From Paraspadella gotoi (Eukaryota; Animalia; Chaetognatha), in the NCBI GenBank assembly GCA_051294375.1, contig CM119266.1, positions 26,509,387 to 26,573,386 of the forward strand: DNA of 64,000 nt, written 5' to 3'. Made by a program: the position numbers and the translations under genes. The notes beneath the pieces were generated by a model. That model saw only the letters and a program-made list of their open reading frames with translations, was not told where the DNA came from and did not search any database. Below, piece by piece: positions 28,393-41,625 of the stretch; the stretch's first letter is position 1, and every line of letters begins with the position of its first letter.

Positions 28393-29755
28393 CCGGATCG
28401 CGCGACGCGGGACGGAAATACACGTCCCGATGAAAGTCATTTCTATGAACGATTTATGGTCAACCGATTTTCGGTCAGAAAAACGGGGAGAGCATTTTCT
28501 AATATGAAAACTTCTTCGTCTGTTGTTTTAAATTTTGGTCTTTTTAAATTATTAATTAAAAGCCTCGAGTGCAAGTAAACTTTTGGTAATAATTTTAAAA
28601 ATCAAAATGTTTGGTCACTTAACTTTTAGAAGAGCCCGTGTTTTTTATGTTATTACTTGATATTTTATGTTCGCTGTTCATTAGAGTGATGTGAAAATAA
28701 TAAAAAATTTAAAATTTAAATTTAATATATAAAATATAAAAATTAATAAAAATATTTTAGTAAATTTATTTTTTAATTTTATATAATAGTGAGCACCAGT
28801 GAGTATATAATAGTTAAAACTTCAAAATAAAAATTCTTAAATTTTAAGATTGGATTTAGATTTTTTGCAAAAAGTTGATATAAAAAATATAATTCAAGAT
28901 AATAATTTTGAATTTCCAGTTATAAAATATAATTATTTTTATAATTTTAATTAATTTAATATAATTTTTAAAAATAATTTATATTTTCTTTTATTAATTT
29001 TTACTGAAGGATCTGAATCTGCTTTTGAATTAAAAAAAATTATTATATAAGGGTAGTACTAAATTCAAAATAATTTGATTAGGCTATTATTTAAAAATGT
29101 TTATAGATTAGTATTTAATAATATAATAGTTTTTAAGATATAACTGCAAAATTTTGATTCTACGCTTTCACTTCACCCTACTGTTCATTTGTTATATTAA
29201 GTATCTTGCAAATTTCTCATTTAAATTCTAATCCTAATTCTAAACCAATTTTTTATTCACTTCAGCCCGGGATTCGATTATCCACTTCCCTTTCTGCAAT
29301 CAAGTTGCCATATTATTTTTGATTTAATCAATAATGTCTTCAACTTTAAGAGTCTGAGACTCAGTTTTTATCTTTGTCTCTCATAGAGACTCTTCTTTAT
29401 CTTCTTTTCCTCCTCCATTAGCCCCGTCTTTTCCTCTTCCTCTCCGCTCGCAGCCTCTTTCTGTTTCGGCTGCACCTTTGTCGATGAAATTCTGCCGGCT
29501 GCATCTCGCAACCAGGAGGTAGCCATTGCCTTTTCAGCAAATGAGTTTGAAAGTTAAATCGAAAGCCTTTGGAAACATGAAATAATCCATCATATCGTCA
29601 AAAATCAGAGTTTACTTTTGGCAGTTATCTTCTTTATGAACTTGTCGCGCTTGCCGTTTTAACGACTTTTTGAGAAACTTTCTATTTCAACGTAACAATA
29701 GAAAAATCTAACTACAGAAAACTCAAAAAAAAAATTAAAAAAAATAAATAAAACC

Positions 29756-32700
29756 ATGTCGTACCGAGGACCGGGATATCGAGGTTCCGGAGGGGACTGG
29801 CGTAACGACAGAAGCAGTAGCCGAGGAAGTTGGAACTCGAACAGAGGAGGCAACCGAGGTGAGTTGAGGGAGGGGAATCGTTGATCTTTATTGCAATTGT
29901 TTGTCAAATAGCATACCTTTTGATTTGACTAACAACAACGTTTTGCGGTTATCTTTATATTACTTTTTTTTAGGAATGGGCATGGGAATGGGCAGCGGCT
30001 ATCAAGGAAGCATGGGAGGTGGAATGGGAGGCATGGGACCCAGCAGCATGCACATCGATCAAGCTAATCTCAACAATCTAATGGGCACTCTACTCAATAA
30101 CTTAGAGCGCAACATCATGCAACGTCAGGGCATGGTGGTGAGTTAGGTTTTGGTGCGGTTTGATTTTTATTTACCGCTAGAGATTCTTAATAAAGTGTCT
30201 CCTTCAAATTCTCTAGGGCGGGTACCGAGATCGACTCCCCATGCCCGGCCGATTCGACCGTGATCGTCGCGACCGCGGTCCCTTGCGAGGCGTCGACAAG
30301 CGAGACCGCGGCGGCATTCGTCGCGATCGAGTCCCGACCCGGGTGACCCCCCGCGATAGAGACACCACTCGTAAGACCACAACCTCTCGGGACTCCAAAA
30401 CAAGAACGGACAAAGGTAGAGTTGGATTAAGGCTAATTTTGCAAAGCCAAAGGGAGTGGGCCGCGTACCAAGCATATGACCTTTTTTTTTCACAGATAAA
30501 CGTAGTGATTCTAAGCGAAAGGAAGACAAAAAAGACGAAAAGAAGAAAGATGAAAAGGACGAAGAATCCAAAAAGGTCTAATGAACAGAAGTCAATTTTT
30601 GTTTATTTTATTTTTTGTCTTTGAAATAAAAATGTTTAATTTTCATCAGGAAAGCGAAGGTGGCGACGACTCGGAAAAGGGCGACGATGCTGATCACAAA
30701 AAAGAAGGATCTTCGTAAGTGTTCTAATAATCATTCCTTTTCCTCCATAGCGTTAAATATCTTCGCCAGTCTGACCTTTTCACTTTACTGCTGCCTCTGG
30801 GACGGAAGGGCTTTATTCTTATGTTATTTGTATTTCTTTGTCCCTTTTTTTTGTGATTTTTGGTTTTGAGTTTTTGCTCTTTCGTCCAAACTTGATTGAC
30901 TCGCAAAATGGTAAAAACGTTTTAATCCCGAACGCGAATCGAATTTCACTGATGAAATGGAGACTATCTCACGCGCGCCAGCTTTTGCCTCCCCCCTCGG
31001 CCCAAGGCCCCAGAGAACGGGGCGCAACAGCTTATCGTTGAAGATAATTTTTTGGACGAGTTCCCTTGTCTTCAATGACAACTAGGATTGTTTGCGGTCA
31101 GAGAAGACGTATGACGGGGAAGGCACACGCCCTCTAATCCTGACTTTTACCCTTAATATCCCTTTTCGCCCCGCGCGCCTATATTTTGCGCGCGCGCGGT
31201 TTTTCCTTCCGCCAAGATTTCAGGATTCCAAGCGGGAAAACCTCAAGAGCGGCCTTTCTTCCGCAAGCGCGTACGCGCTTAAAATTTTGATACCACACGG
31301 CGCTAGCTATACTAGGAAATTATTTAAAACTGTCTTTTTTAGAACGAAGACGGAGTTAATTTGGTTAAATTTGAAATTAATATTATTAAAATATCGCGCC
31401 GGGAATGAATGCGGGACGGAGTTATGCCCATCCAATTATTCGAAGAAGAAAACGAAGGATGGAAGGAACGGCATCGATTCTTCGAACCACTCGCTCCAGA
31501 GTGTGACCTTGCAACCCGCAACGGCGACAACCTCTCGCGCGATCTCTTGAGTGAAGCTCCGCACCCGCTCGCGACGCCGTCGCCGCCTCAAAGACGCGGG
31601 ATGGACGATGAATGACGATCAAGTTTTTGGCGCCAATGAACGCAACCTTTTTTGCTTTTTCTTCCGACGCAGGGAGGCTTACTGCACTGTGTGTGAAAAA
31701 TTCTTCACCGGTGACTTGTTAGATCACCGCCGGAGCGTGGACCACAAGGTATGGACAACTCCTATTTGCGGGGAGAAAAAAATATATAAGTGTAAACCAA
31801 ATGGCCCCCCCTGCTGAAAAAAGCTGAAAGTAAAATGGTTGGAAGATGAAATTAATATCGAATTACCTCGAAACTGTTCTGTGAGATTTTCGAGAGAGAA
31901 GGAAGGAAACCAATTAGAAGCGTTGGAAATGAAAATTAACCTCCGCCACTTGAGGGCGCGCATGCTCGATCGTGACGCTTCGTCGAACGCAATGTCTCGA
32001 CTTCTGCCATAAATGTTAAATTGCATATAGGACGTTCAGTTGGCCAGAAGAAACGTTTTATTTGAAAAACGTCTTAGAGTAATTCATGAGAAGACGCTTC
32101 TTTACTTTCATGCTGTCTTTCGCAGATATATACATTTGGGGGGGTTATAATAGTTTAAAAACACTTTTACTATTCTTTCGGAAATAAAAAGTGTTAAAAA
32201 TCGAAAATGTTTACATGACTTTTCGTTCAAACTTAACTTCTTCAATTCATTTGTTTTTGTTCCGTCGGCCCAATTTTTTCACTGGGTCACAGGCGGAAAA
32301 GGTACGGAAGTTTCCCTCGGGACAACGTCGTTGCGACGTCTGCAAGATTAGACACTTTCGGACACAGCAAGCATTGTGGAATCATCTTCGCTCTACTCTC
32401 CATCGTAGGGTGAGTTAAATCTGATCAGAAAAAACTATAGGCTAGATGCTCTTCGCCGTTGCCCCAATATTCATCGTTTCTTTTCGTTCCAAGTATGCTG
32501 ATTTAAATCCGTTTCATGTCTATTATAATCTATAATCATTTATTGTAGTATTTCATTCAATAATTGACAGAATTTCATTCCACATTTGCGGTTTAGAACA
32601 CGACGCGCGCTGTCAACCTGAAGAAAGAAGACAAAGCCAATGGAGAGCTGATGACCGTGGACAGCGTTGGCTATTCCGATGACGTGAGTTAAGTCATTCT

Positions 32701-34047
32701 AATGATTTCTTGGCGCCAGCCAATATTTTCTAAGACTTCATTCTCTCAGGAGGACGGTTCCAAGAAGCGCCGAAGCAAGAGGAGTTCCGCTCACGAGGAT
32801 GAGAAGGTAATGAATAATACAAAAAAGTAGGTTTTACCCCTAAATGATCCAATTTTGTTTTTACGTCGCAGGATGCTAAGAAAGCCAAACCTGAACATTC
32901 TAAGGAAGTTATGGAAGCTTTGGCCGTAATTCCGAAGGTGAGAAAGCGGCTTACCGTGTTAGGACCCGCCGGACCGTCCCTTCCGTATACGCCTCTGTTG
33001 GCGAGCTGCTTCGGTCGTTCGAGTCTTTGGATCTAACCACCGCTCGCTTGTTCTTTTTTTTAATTTAAAATAACTATCAAGGAATGCAGTTTTTCGTAAT
33101 ATTTTCAAATTAAAATTTTTTTAAAAATTAGGATGACCCTAATCCCGTCGTTGCCATGGATCACGTCGTCCCCATGACCGGCTATTACTGTAAAGTTTGC
33201 CACAAGTTCTATCACAATGAAGTAATGGCCAAAGTCACTCATTGCCGCTCCAAGCCACACAGCGCCAAATACGAGGTAAGAAGCTTCAAGCCTATGTTGT
33301 TCACTGAACAGTGAGTGTCTAGTAATAATACAATTTTTGATTTTTTTTTTTTTTTTTTTTTTTTTGTTTCAGGAGGGCATTCAAGAACGGAACAATCAAA
33401 CCTCCTTTGACGGAAGATGAGAAATCTGAGGAGAAAGCGGAGAAGAAAGAGGAAGACGAAGGGAAGGAAAAGAAAGAGGACGAGTCGGAGGAAAAGGCTG
33501 AATGCGAAGACAAATTCGGCGAGGATAAAATGGAGGAACGAGAGGAGGAGGAGGAGGAGGAGGAGGAAGAGGATGAAAACCGGGAAAATGAGGAACCAAA
33601 GCAGGACGAAGTGAGAATCGATCCACAGTTTCGTGTTTAACTTCAACGTTGCTCAGGCTTTCTATACTTTCACTTTTTTCCTCTTTCCAGTCACAAGAAA
33701 ACGAGCCGACGGAGGAGGAAGAGCAGGATGAGATTGACGAAGAAGTGGAGGAGGTGACTCAGGATGACGAAGACAAGACGGAGGAGACGACTGAAGCGAC
33801 GGAGAAAGAAGCGGACAAGGATCTCGACATTCTCGTCATCAACGAAAACGGGGACGAAGGTGGCGACATGGAGACGGGGGCCGAAGACTCGCAAGATACC
33901 TCGCCCGAGGATGAGGAAGAGGAACGACCCGAGGGAGAACAGGACGAGGAGGAGGAGACCAAGAAAAAACCGCCACCGGCCTCGGCGAAAAAGAATATGG
34001 CCAAGAGGGGCGGAAAAGCGGCCAGGGGGAGGAAAAAGGCTAACTGA
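29756..34047 (+). CDS. Matrin/U1-type C2H2 zinc-finger nuclear protein (CIZ1/Drosophila Pep-like), multi-exon
   Basis: RG/GM-rich N-terminus and RD-rich region. Zinc fingers YCTVCEKFFTGDLLDHRRSVDH (31673-31748), CDVCKIRHFRTQQALWNHLRSTLH (32293-32409) and VVPMTGYYCKVCHKFYHNEVMAKVTHCRSKPH (33132-33274). MTVDSVG motif. Acidic tail with a basic C-terminus. Confidence 0.8.
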
Positions 34048-35675
34048 AAGGGACAACACCAATGAAAATTGCGTCTACTCTGTAGATTCTGTGTATAAAT
34101 TTCTCTTGAGATGTAATTTTTATGAATTTTTATGTTCGACGCACTATTCGCCCAAGAGCCGAACGGGGCAGTTATTTATGCATATATGCGATAGAAAAAA
34201 GATATGATGGTAAACAATCACAAAGCAGCGAGAGAAATTTTTGTAGAAGCTTTAACCGGAATTTTTTTTTCCTTTCGCTTGTATTCTCGTAATAATTTTG
34301 GTGAATTATTCTTTTTTTCTCCCCACTAAATGTTACATTTATTCGATTAGCTTTTCCGGACAAATAAACATTAACTTTTTTGTTCAAAATGTCTACTTTC
34401 TGATAGAGGCTGTCTTCAGTGATACCACTTACTGTTAGGACCCACCCAAAATTATATGTTGAAGGAGGTGGTCTCTGGGACACGGCTAACCAAAATGAAA
34501 TGAAGTTAGTTTAGGAATTTTTAGGAAACAGATTGTTTGTGGGGTTCGATAAGTGTGATTAATAAGTGAAACTAAACTGGAGTTTCGAAATAAGTAATAA
34601 CTACAGAAGCGGCCATAGTATCTATTTCCGTTTATGACAATTTGCAAATTATTTGTTTCACTATTTCCTATTTTTATATTTTATGAAGGATTTAGTATTT
34701 AATCTGTATTATTTATACAAATATTGCTTTCTTTCTTATAAAAATTTTTACTTATCATATCTAATAACTCAATTTGGGAAGGGAAAGTCAGTGTTGTCTT
34801 CTGGAAATAGAGGGAGCATCTATACAACACAAGGTTATATTACAATCTGTCCCAGTTTTCTAATAGATACGTAGCCAAGTTATTGCATCACAGTTCTTAA
34901 ATATGATTTATCGCCCCAGAGACGAGTTGTCTTGAAATTATTGCGTATTACCTCGCCCGTCCTATAAAATTTGAATAAACTATGTCTACAACAATATCCC
35001 CGAGAAATGTCGAGAATGTTCTTTCCAATGATGACAGTAATTTAAGTTGAGGTAATCTGCCCAAATTATTAAAACCTTTCGCCTCTGAGAAGCCCTGGTT
35101 TAATTATCGTGACGTAGTACGTAAATTTCAAATAGTAGAATGACGTCGCCGACTCTATTAAAATGACATTTTCGTCATTTCAATCGCCCGTCCCACTCGA
35201 AGCCGACGCGAAGACTCGGAATCCGGTGGAAATGTTTCCAGGACTAACAACCTCGTCGAACCGCTGATATGATGACGAGCAAGCGTCTCACACGTTTTCA
35301 TTTATTCTTCATGACGGTATGGATTTCTCATTGATTATAAAAATGAACGATTGTGTTGAGAAGGGTGCAACGCGGAAAGTGCTCGTCAATCCACGCCATT
35401 TGCGCTCCCAAAAGCTTCCGTCCGGTTCTCAAGTTAAGTACGAGAAAAGCCGAAATTATAAATCATGGATTAATTCAAATGATAACCGGTTTTTTTTAAC
35501 GCCGCTCCGTCAGATTAAAATGAGTCACGAGCAAAACAAAGAGGATCCTTTTTTCATCGACGAAATCTATGGTATTTAAGACTGGAGAGAAGATGCCCTC
35601 GTCGACCACAGGCTTGGCTTTACAGTCGAACGCATTTGCTGTAACCGCATTTGATTCGAATTTCAAAGGAAAAAT

Positions 35676-36991
35676 ATGGGCTCGTTATATCTGCTCTTTG
35701 TTGGTAAGTGACGCCTACACAATGTGTACTACACCTGCCTTAATCTTTTTAATGGTTTGTTTTCTTTACGTTATTATTCTATGATCGTTTATGATGAGAT
35801 GGTAATAACTTTGTAGCTAATAACTTCGTTTTTTTAGTTTTGGTCTTTTCTAGCTACATCTCGGAAATACTTGGAAAATCGACTTACAGCGAATCAGGTA
35901 ACTTTCTTTTGAATGTTTCAAATACTTAGCTAAAGAATGGACATATAAATTTATTTGTTCGGGACTTTATTTCAGATTTGGAAGAAGCGCGCGGAGAGTT
36001 GGAGCAATTAAATACAGGAATTGAAGATGTTTCTGGTGTGTGGTGTTTTTTAATTCAAATGCAGTTTGTTGGTTTTTAGAATGAAATAGAAGAAAAGTAA
36101 GAATCAATCAATCAATCCTTTCTTCCTATTTCCAGATTACACCGACATTCGATGCTCCAACGTTCTAAACGTGGGCGCCATCAGCGCCTCTAGCGAATAC
36201 TCTTACTACTACTCGGCATCGAACGCGATCAAGGGGATCGGGTTCGCGTGGAGCAGCGACTGGTTCTTCTCTAGCGTCACTTCCGGTCCCTGGCTCGACA
36301 TCGTCTTCGTGCGCAAAAAGAACGTGACGGCGTTGACTATGCGCGGCGACGCCAACTATCCCGACAACACGCCCACCAAATTTCAGTTGCAGGTCGTCGT
36401 GGAGTTTTTAACTATAACCTCTTCAATTTTCTTTTCTTTCTTTTTTTCCTTTTTTCATTTTTTCTTTTTTCTTTTTTCTTTTTTCTTTTCTTTTTCCTTC
36501 TTTCCCTACTTTCTTTCCTTTTTCTTTTCTTTCCTTCTTTTTTCTTTCTTTTTTTTTTTTTGTCTTTCTTTCTTTCTACTATATCTATTCCAAAATGGTA
36601 CTTTTTAAAAACTTTGGTGACAAAATTTCTTAACAAAATTAGGGATTGTCGGAAGACGGGTGGGTGGTCCTTAAAGAGACGGAGCAAGACTCGGCCGACA
36701 ACGAAGAGATTTCGGATAGAATCCCTTCAGAACTGCAGAACACTTATGAAGCTTACAAGCTTGTCGTTATAGAAACTAGTAAGAGTGCTTGACCTAATTT
36801 TCTTTTTATTTGTCTTTGTTTTTATCAATTTTCGTAGCTTATAGCAATAACAAATGTATTATTTACATTTGTATTAAGTTTTATTATATTTTTTTCAAAT
36901 ACATCTTACATCAAATTTAGAGTGGATGCGTCATCGAAGTTCTTTTTGGGGATACGCCGAGGTTAGCACCCTGAAGCTTTGCTGGAAATGA
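35676..36991 (+). CDS. Secreted protein with a short coiled coil and a discoidin/F5-8 type C (galactose-binding-like) domain. Exons ~35676-35703, 35839-35897, 35976-36035, 36136-36392, 36643-36778, 36921-36991
   Basis: The spliced frame reads MGSLYLLFVVLVFSSYISEILG (signal peptide) ... ISASSEY..YSASNAI..FAWSS..GPWLDIVFVRKKNVTALTMRG..TKFQLQ..W..YKLVV..AEVSTLKLC. Confidence 0.7.
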
Positions 36992-39468
36992 AAATCCTCA
37001 AGACTGCCAATTTCTTCGCGAATCTAATTCAAAAACTAACCTTGCGTTGTATAGATGCTCCCTCTATTTCCAGAAGGCAACAACAACATCCCTCTCCCCA
37101 TTATATTATTAAATGAGAAATTAATCTAATTACAATTAATTTAAATACTTATATAAAACTTTTATATTCATTTTAAAATATAATTTAAAGTAAAAATTTT
37201 AAATTAATACAAGTAATTTTGCAATTTTTCAATTCTCCAAATCGCCTTTTGCTCTATGTTCAATATATTATGCGAGACATTCATAAAAAATTATCAGGAA
37301 GAAATTTGATGAATCCTTTAGCAAGCTAAAATGTTTTTATTGCATTCTTTTAAGTTTGATTTGTTTTGGGCCAATGGGTGCTTACAATTGTATAATAAAA
37401 TAAAATAATTGTTCAAAGCCAAATGTGGTTTATTTCGATTTATAAATGCATGAGCAACAGTAATGAAAAAATAATAGCGAGAATCAATGTATAGGCTGAC
37501 GCTAGAACTTCGCCACAGGAATAGGTTTCTTAAAGCCTTCTGGTGCCCGAAGCGCTAGTGAAAAGTATCTTGACGATCTTACCATCAATATAGCTTTTAA
37601 ATTTTTATAAGAAATTCTTAACTTTTTTGGTTACTGTGCATCATTCGGGGATGGGAAAAACGGCTTAGTGCAAGCATTTTCATTTGATATATTCTGAAGA
37701 GAAGATAAGTCGTTCCCCCTCCGTCCCCTTAAGAGCAAATTTTGGATTAAACAAATGGAAACGTACGTAGACCGTCGAAATTTTCATTCTTCGTCATTCG
37801 TCGCCATAAACAAAGCGACGCTTTTTTTTGGCTAGAATCAACCTATACCGCTTGATAAAATTAAAAAATCATACAATAAGAAAAAAAAATAGCAAAGAGA
37901 TGTCGATTCGATGATCACCGCTTAGGTTGAAACAAAACTTGATGTGTAATGTCATTTATTGGTTATGAAATCAAAACCCGAAAATAATGTGGTAAATGCA
38001 CGCTTTCATAAAATAATATCCTTAGACAAGCGGTTCGTTTTAATAATGAAAACATATCGTAAATGAAAGGAAGAAAAGATTTCTAAGTGAGCGTCGTTCA
38101 AAAATTTCATTTTTTAAAACAATTTTTGAACAAAACGTTCTTGAAGTTGTGCGAGCACCGGTAAAATTGTAGAAAAGTTACAAAGGCTACTAACATTTTT
38201 TATCGGGTACGCTCTGACAAAACCTCAATAAACGCTGAATACTAGGATCACAGACAATCCGTTCATTATTTATTTAGCGCACGCGATTAAAGCAGCACCC
38301 TAACTTTATTTTACGACATTCTCACACATTCATTCTCATTGCACAAATATCACTGACCAAGCAAGATTTGCAACCAAAAAAAACAAACCCATTTGCGATT
38401 ATAAGAGAGGGTCATCGTTAAAGTTCGGAAACATAAGTCACCATGCTTTAGCGTATATATCATTTGTTTTTATGTGATTACAGTATATGAATTCGATTAA
38501 AGAACAACACTAAGAAAATAAATCCATGCGAATGCGGTCGCATGCGGCGTTTGTACGCAATTCGTTTACTTTTCTATGTTAAGTTTATCTTAATTAGACA
38601 GTAACCCCAAAACTAAATATGTACTGTAAAATAGTGCTATATGGATATGGAATCTGTAGTGCCAGATTTCAACGTAAGCCTGAGGAGAAAATTCGATCGC
38701 GTGAAGAAATGATGGTTGTTTTGCGACATTTATAAATGAAGTGTTGAGTCATAATCGGAGAAAATATTAGATATTTTTCATTTAGCCTGATTAGTTTTTT
38801 AACATAGTTTTAAATGTGAGCCATAATAATTCATAACTGATTAAAAACTCGAATACCTTAAGGTTTAACGTATATTTCTGAATCTTAATAAATTATTTTT
38901 AGTAATAATGCACATTGCACAACAACCATTTCGGCAAGAATATAAAAACATTTTGAACCATTCTGTGTATAATATTTCACGTTTAAGATGTCTTGCAGTA
39001 CTGGTATGGTAATGTGATTATCTATGGAAAAATAATTATTTTTTAAAATTTTTGAATGTGAAAAAACTAGAATTTATAATACTGAAAACTTGTCGCCATT
39101 TTGACGAGAAAGTAACAATATTTTATTTTCTGGCATATAATTGCTCGTCATTTTCAGTAGACATTAATTTTATGATTTCTTTCTTTTTATGCCCACTAGT
39201 ATTGCCCAGTAATAAAGAAATTCGATGGTAATTTACAGAAATTTTCAACATTCAAAACAATTTTTGTTACTTACATAGTTGTGAATACATGATCTTCTAA
39301 ATTAGTCTTTTCTCACATACTTTCCTGTGTCCTGGTAAATGAGTTTATTTTATATTTATCGGAAGACGGGTAGATACGACATTTAAATACAGAACTTAAC
39401 GCATCATCGCCTGTCATTTAATTTATAAAAAACATGAAACTAAAGTAAAGAAGAAACTTGTTTAGGAT

Positions 39469-41564
39469 TTAGGAAGACTCGGGAATGCCCAGAATGGCTC
39501 GGAAAATCTTGGGAACGAGGAACATGACCCCGATCCCGAAAATCGTCCAGAAGAGAAGGAAACCGAGGGTCTTTCCGAGCTTGGCCCGAATTCCTTCGGG
39601 ACGAGTGTAGATCGTGTCGTAGTTCTTCTCCAAAGTTCCGAACTCAGCGTCTTTGGCGGGAGGTCGCACCACCAGTTCCTCGTCGGCGACCGTCGAGGGG
39701 TCCGAAATGCTTTTGCTGCGGGGATAGAAGGGTGAAGAGGGATGAGGTGTGGCATGTGGGGACAGGGAAGGGATAAAAAGTGGGAGAAGAATTTTAAAAT
39801 TCGAACGATGAAATGCGGAGGGTGGGAAGAGAGCCGTGAGTAAAGGAGAGAAAGAGAGACTGAGAGTGCGAGAATGAGATAAAACACGGAACGGGGAGTA
39901 GAAATGACTGATAAATATTTTTTTTTTCACTTGGTTTAAAAAATATTAGGGAGGGACGAAAGTCAAAATAAAAAAAGAAGTTTAGCCAGAGGATTAATTT
40001 GGTGGTGAAGGGGTTTTTCAGGGTAGACTAATTGACAAAGTTTTTAAATGTGCCGCGAGATGTTAAAGCCTTTTGCCGACGTTAGATGTGAGATTTTAGA
40101 AAACTAAACGGAAAAAAAAAAGCCAAAAGCCGACGTAAATTTTCGACTAGATAAGCAATGATGTCAATAGCATGTAATCAGTAATCGCCTAAAATTAAAT
40201 ATATGCTTAACTTTATTTATCGTTTAAATAAGTAGGAGCGCGACTAAACTCGGTAGGCATAAGATAAATACATTTTATTTCGCTCGCATGGTGCTTAAGA
40301 AGTAATCGCGTGCGCAAAAAATAAAAAAAATGGAATATTCGGGGTTAGTACGATAAACATTCCGCTTCCCGACGCTTTTAAAGCTGCAGTTCTCAACTCT
40401 GGCATTTCGACGACCGTATTTTAAATTTCCATCACAAGTTTTAAATCCTATGAAGTTCTATTATTGTATAATTTATATAACTTTTGTAAAACTCTATAAC
40501 TATATCTAGATTTTTAATTATCTAACTTTTTACATCCAATTTGTTTGTTATGATCCTTTTAAAAGGTACTGTATTAAGCGTCCCAACTCGAATGTCACAA
40601 CTAAGTACGAAGAACATCACCATATTTTAAGAAAAAATATCTAGGTCACCATATCTTCCACTCCATGCACATGACGATAAATTTTTCTATCACACGTTGA
40701 GATAAATAGAACCGCACCACAGTTTTGTTTTAATTTCCTCATTTCATGCGTCACTGATAAATTTTGCAAAGAAAAAGTGAAAGAAAAAGCGAAAATATTC
40801 GGACGCTTCGTAACAGGAGCAAGCTCAAGGCGGTGTGCATTATGTTACTGATTAGAATTCAATTAGAAATGTATACCAAGTTAATAGCCAATATTGTCCT
40901 CCTTAAATCTCAAACGGCGTATTTTTATAGCAAAATGATAAATTAATATTACCCTTTGTTCATGCATGCTCGACGAATAATTATTATATTTAAGTCATGT
41001 TTCATTATTTATTTATCCTATGTCGGCTAATGCGACCGCGTGATATAAATTTAAGCGTAAACATGGGACGAAAAAAAGTGTGCGCTAGCGCGCTCAAGAG
41101 CAGCACACTCGAAGCTACGCGCGCGGAGCGAGGCACACGAAGTTGTGCACTCAGAGCTGCGCACTCAGAGTGGTGCACATAGAGCTGAGCGCTCGTTTTT
41201 CTTTTTTATCCTTCTTACCGTTAGTATTTTTTCTTTCGTTAAACAACATTTTCTCAAGATGCCACGGAATTTTGCAAAAATAGTGAGGAGGAGAAAGAAG
41301 AGTAAGGATTTTTTATGAAGAAATATCGCATTTTATCCGAAAAAAAGAAACCCAATCCTACAATTTTATGTAATAAGGTCATTTCTTTTAAAAATACGCT
41401 TGTTTTGATTGAAAATAGCATACAGGGGTAACAAAAGCTAAGCAATACTTTGCCGCGTAAAAACAACAATTAATAAATGAGGTAAAAAAGCCCTAATGAT
41501 GACTTTTGATACCCAGAAGTATAATAACTAATATTTCAACGAAAGCGATAGAAAACCGAATTTA

Positions 41565-41625
<61 letters not shown>

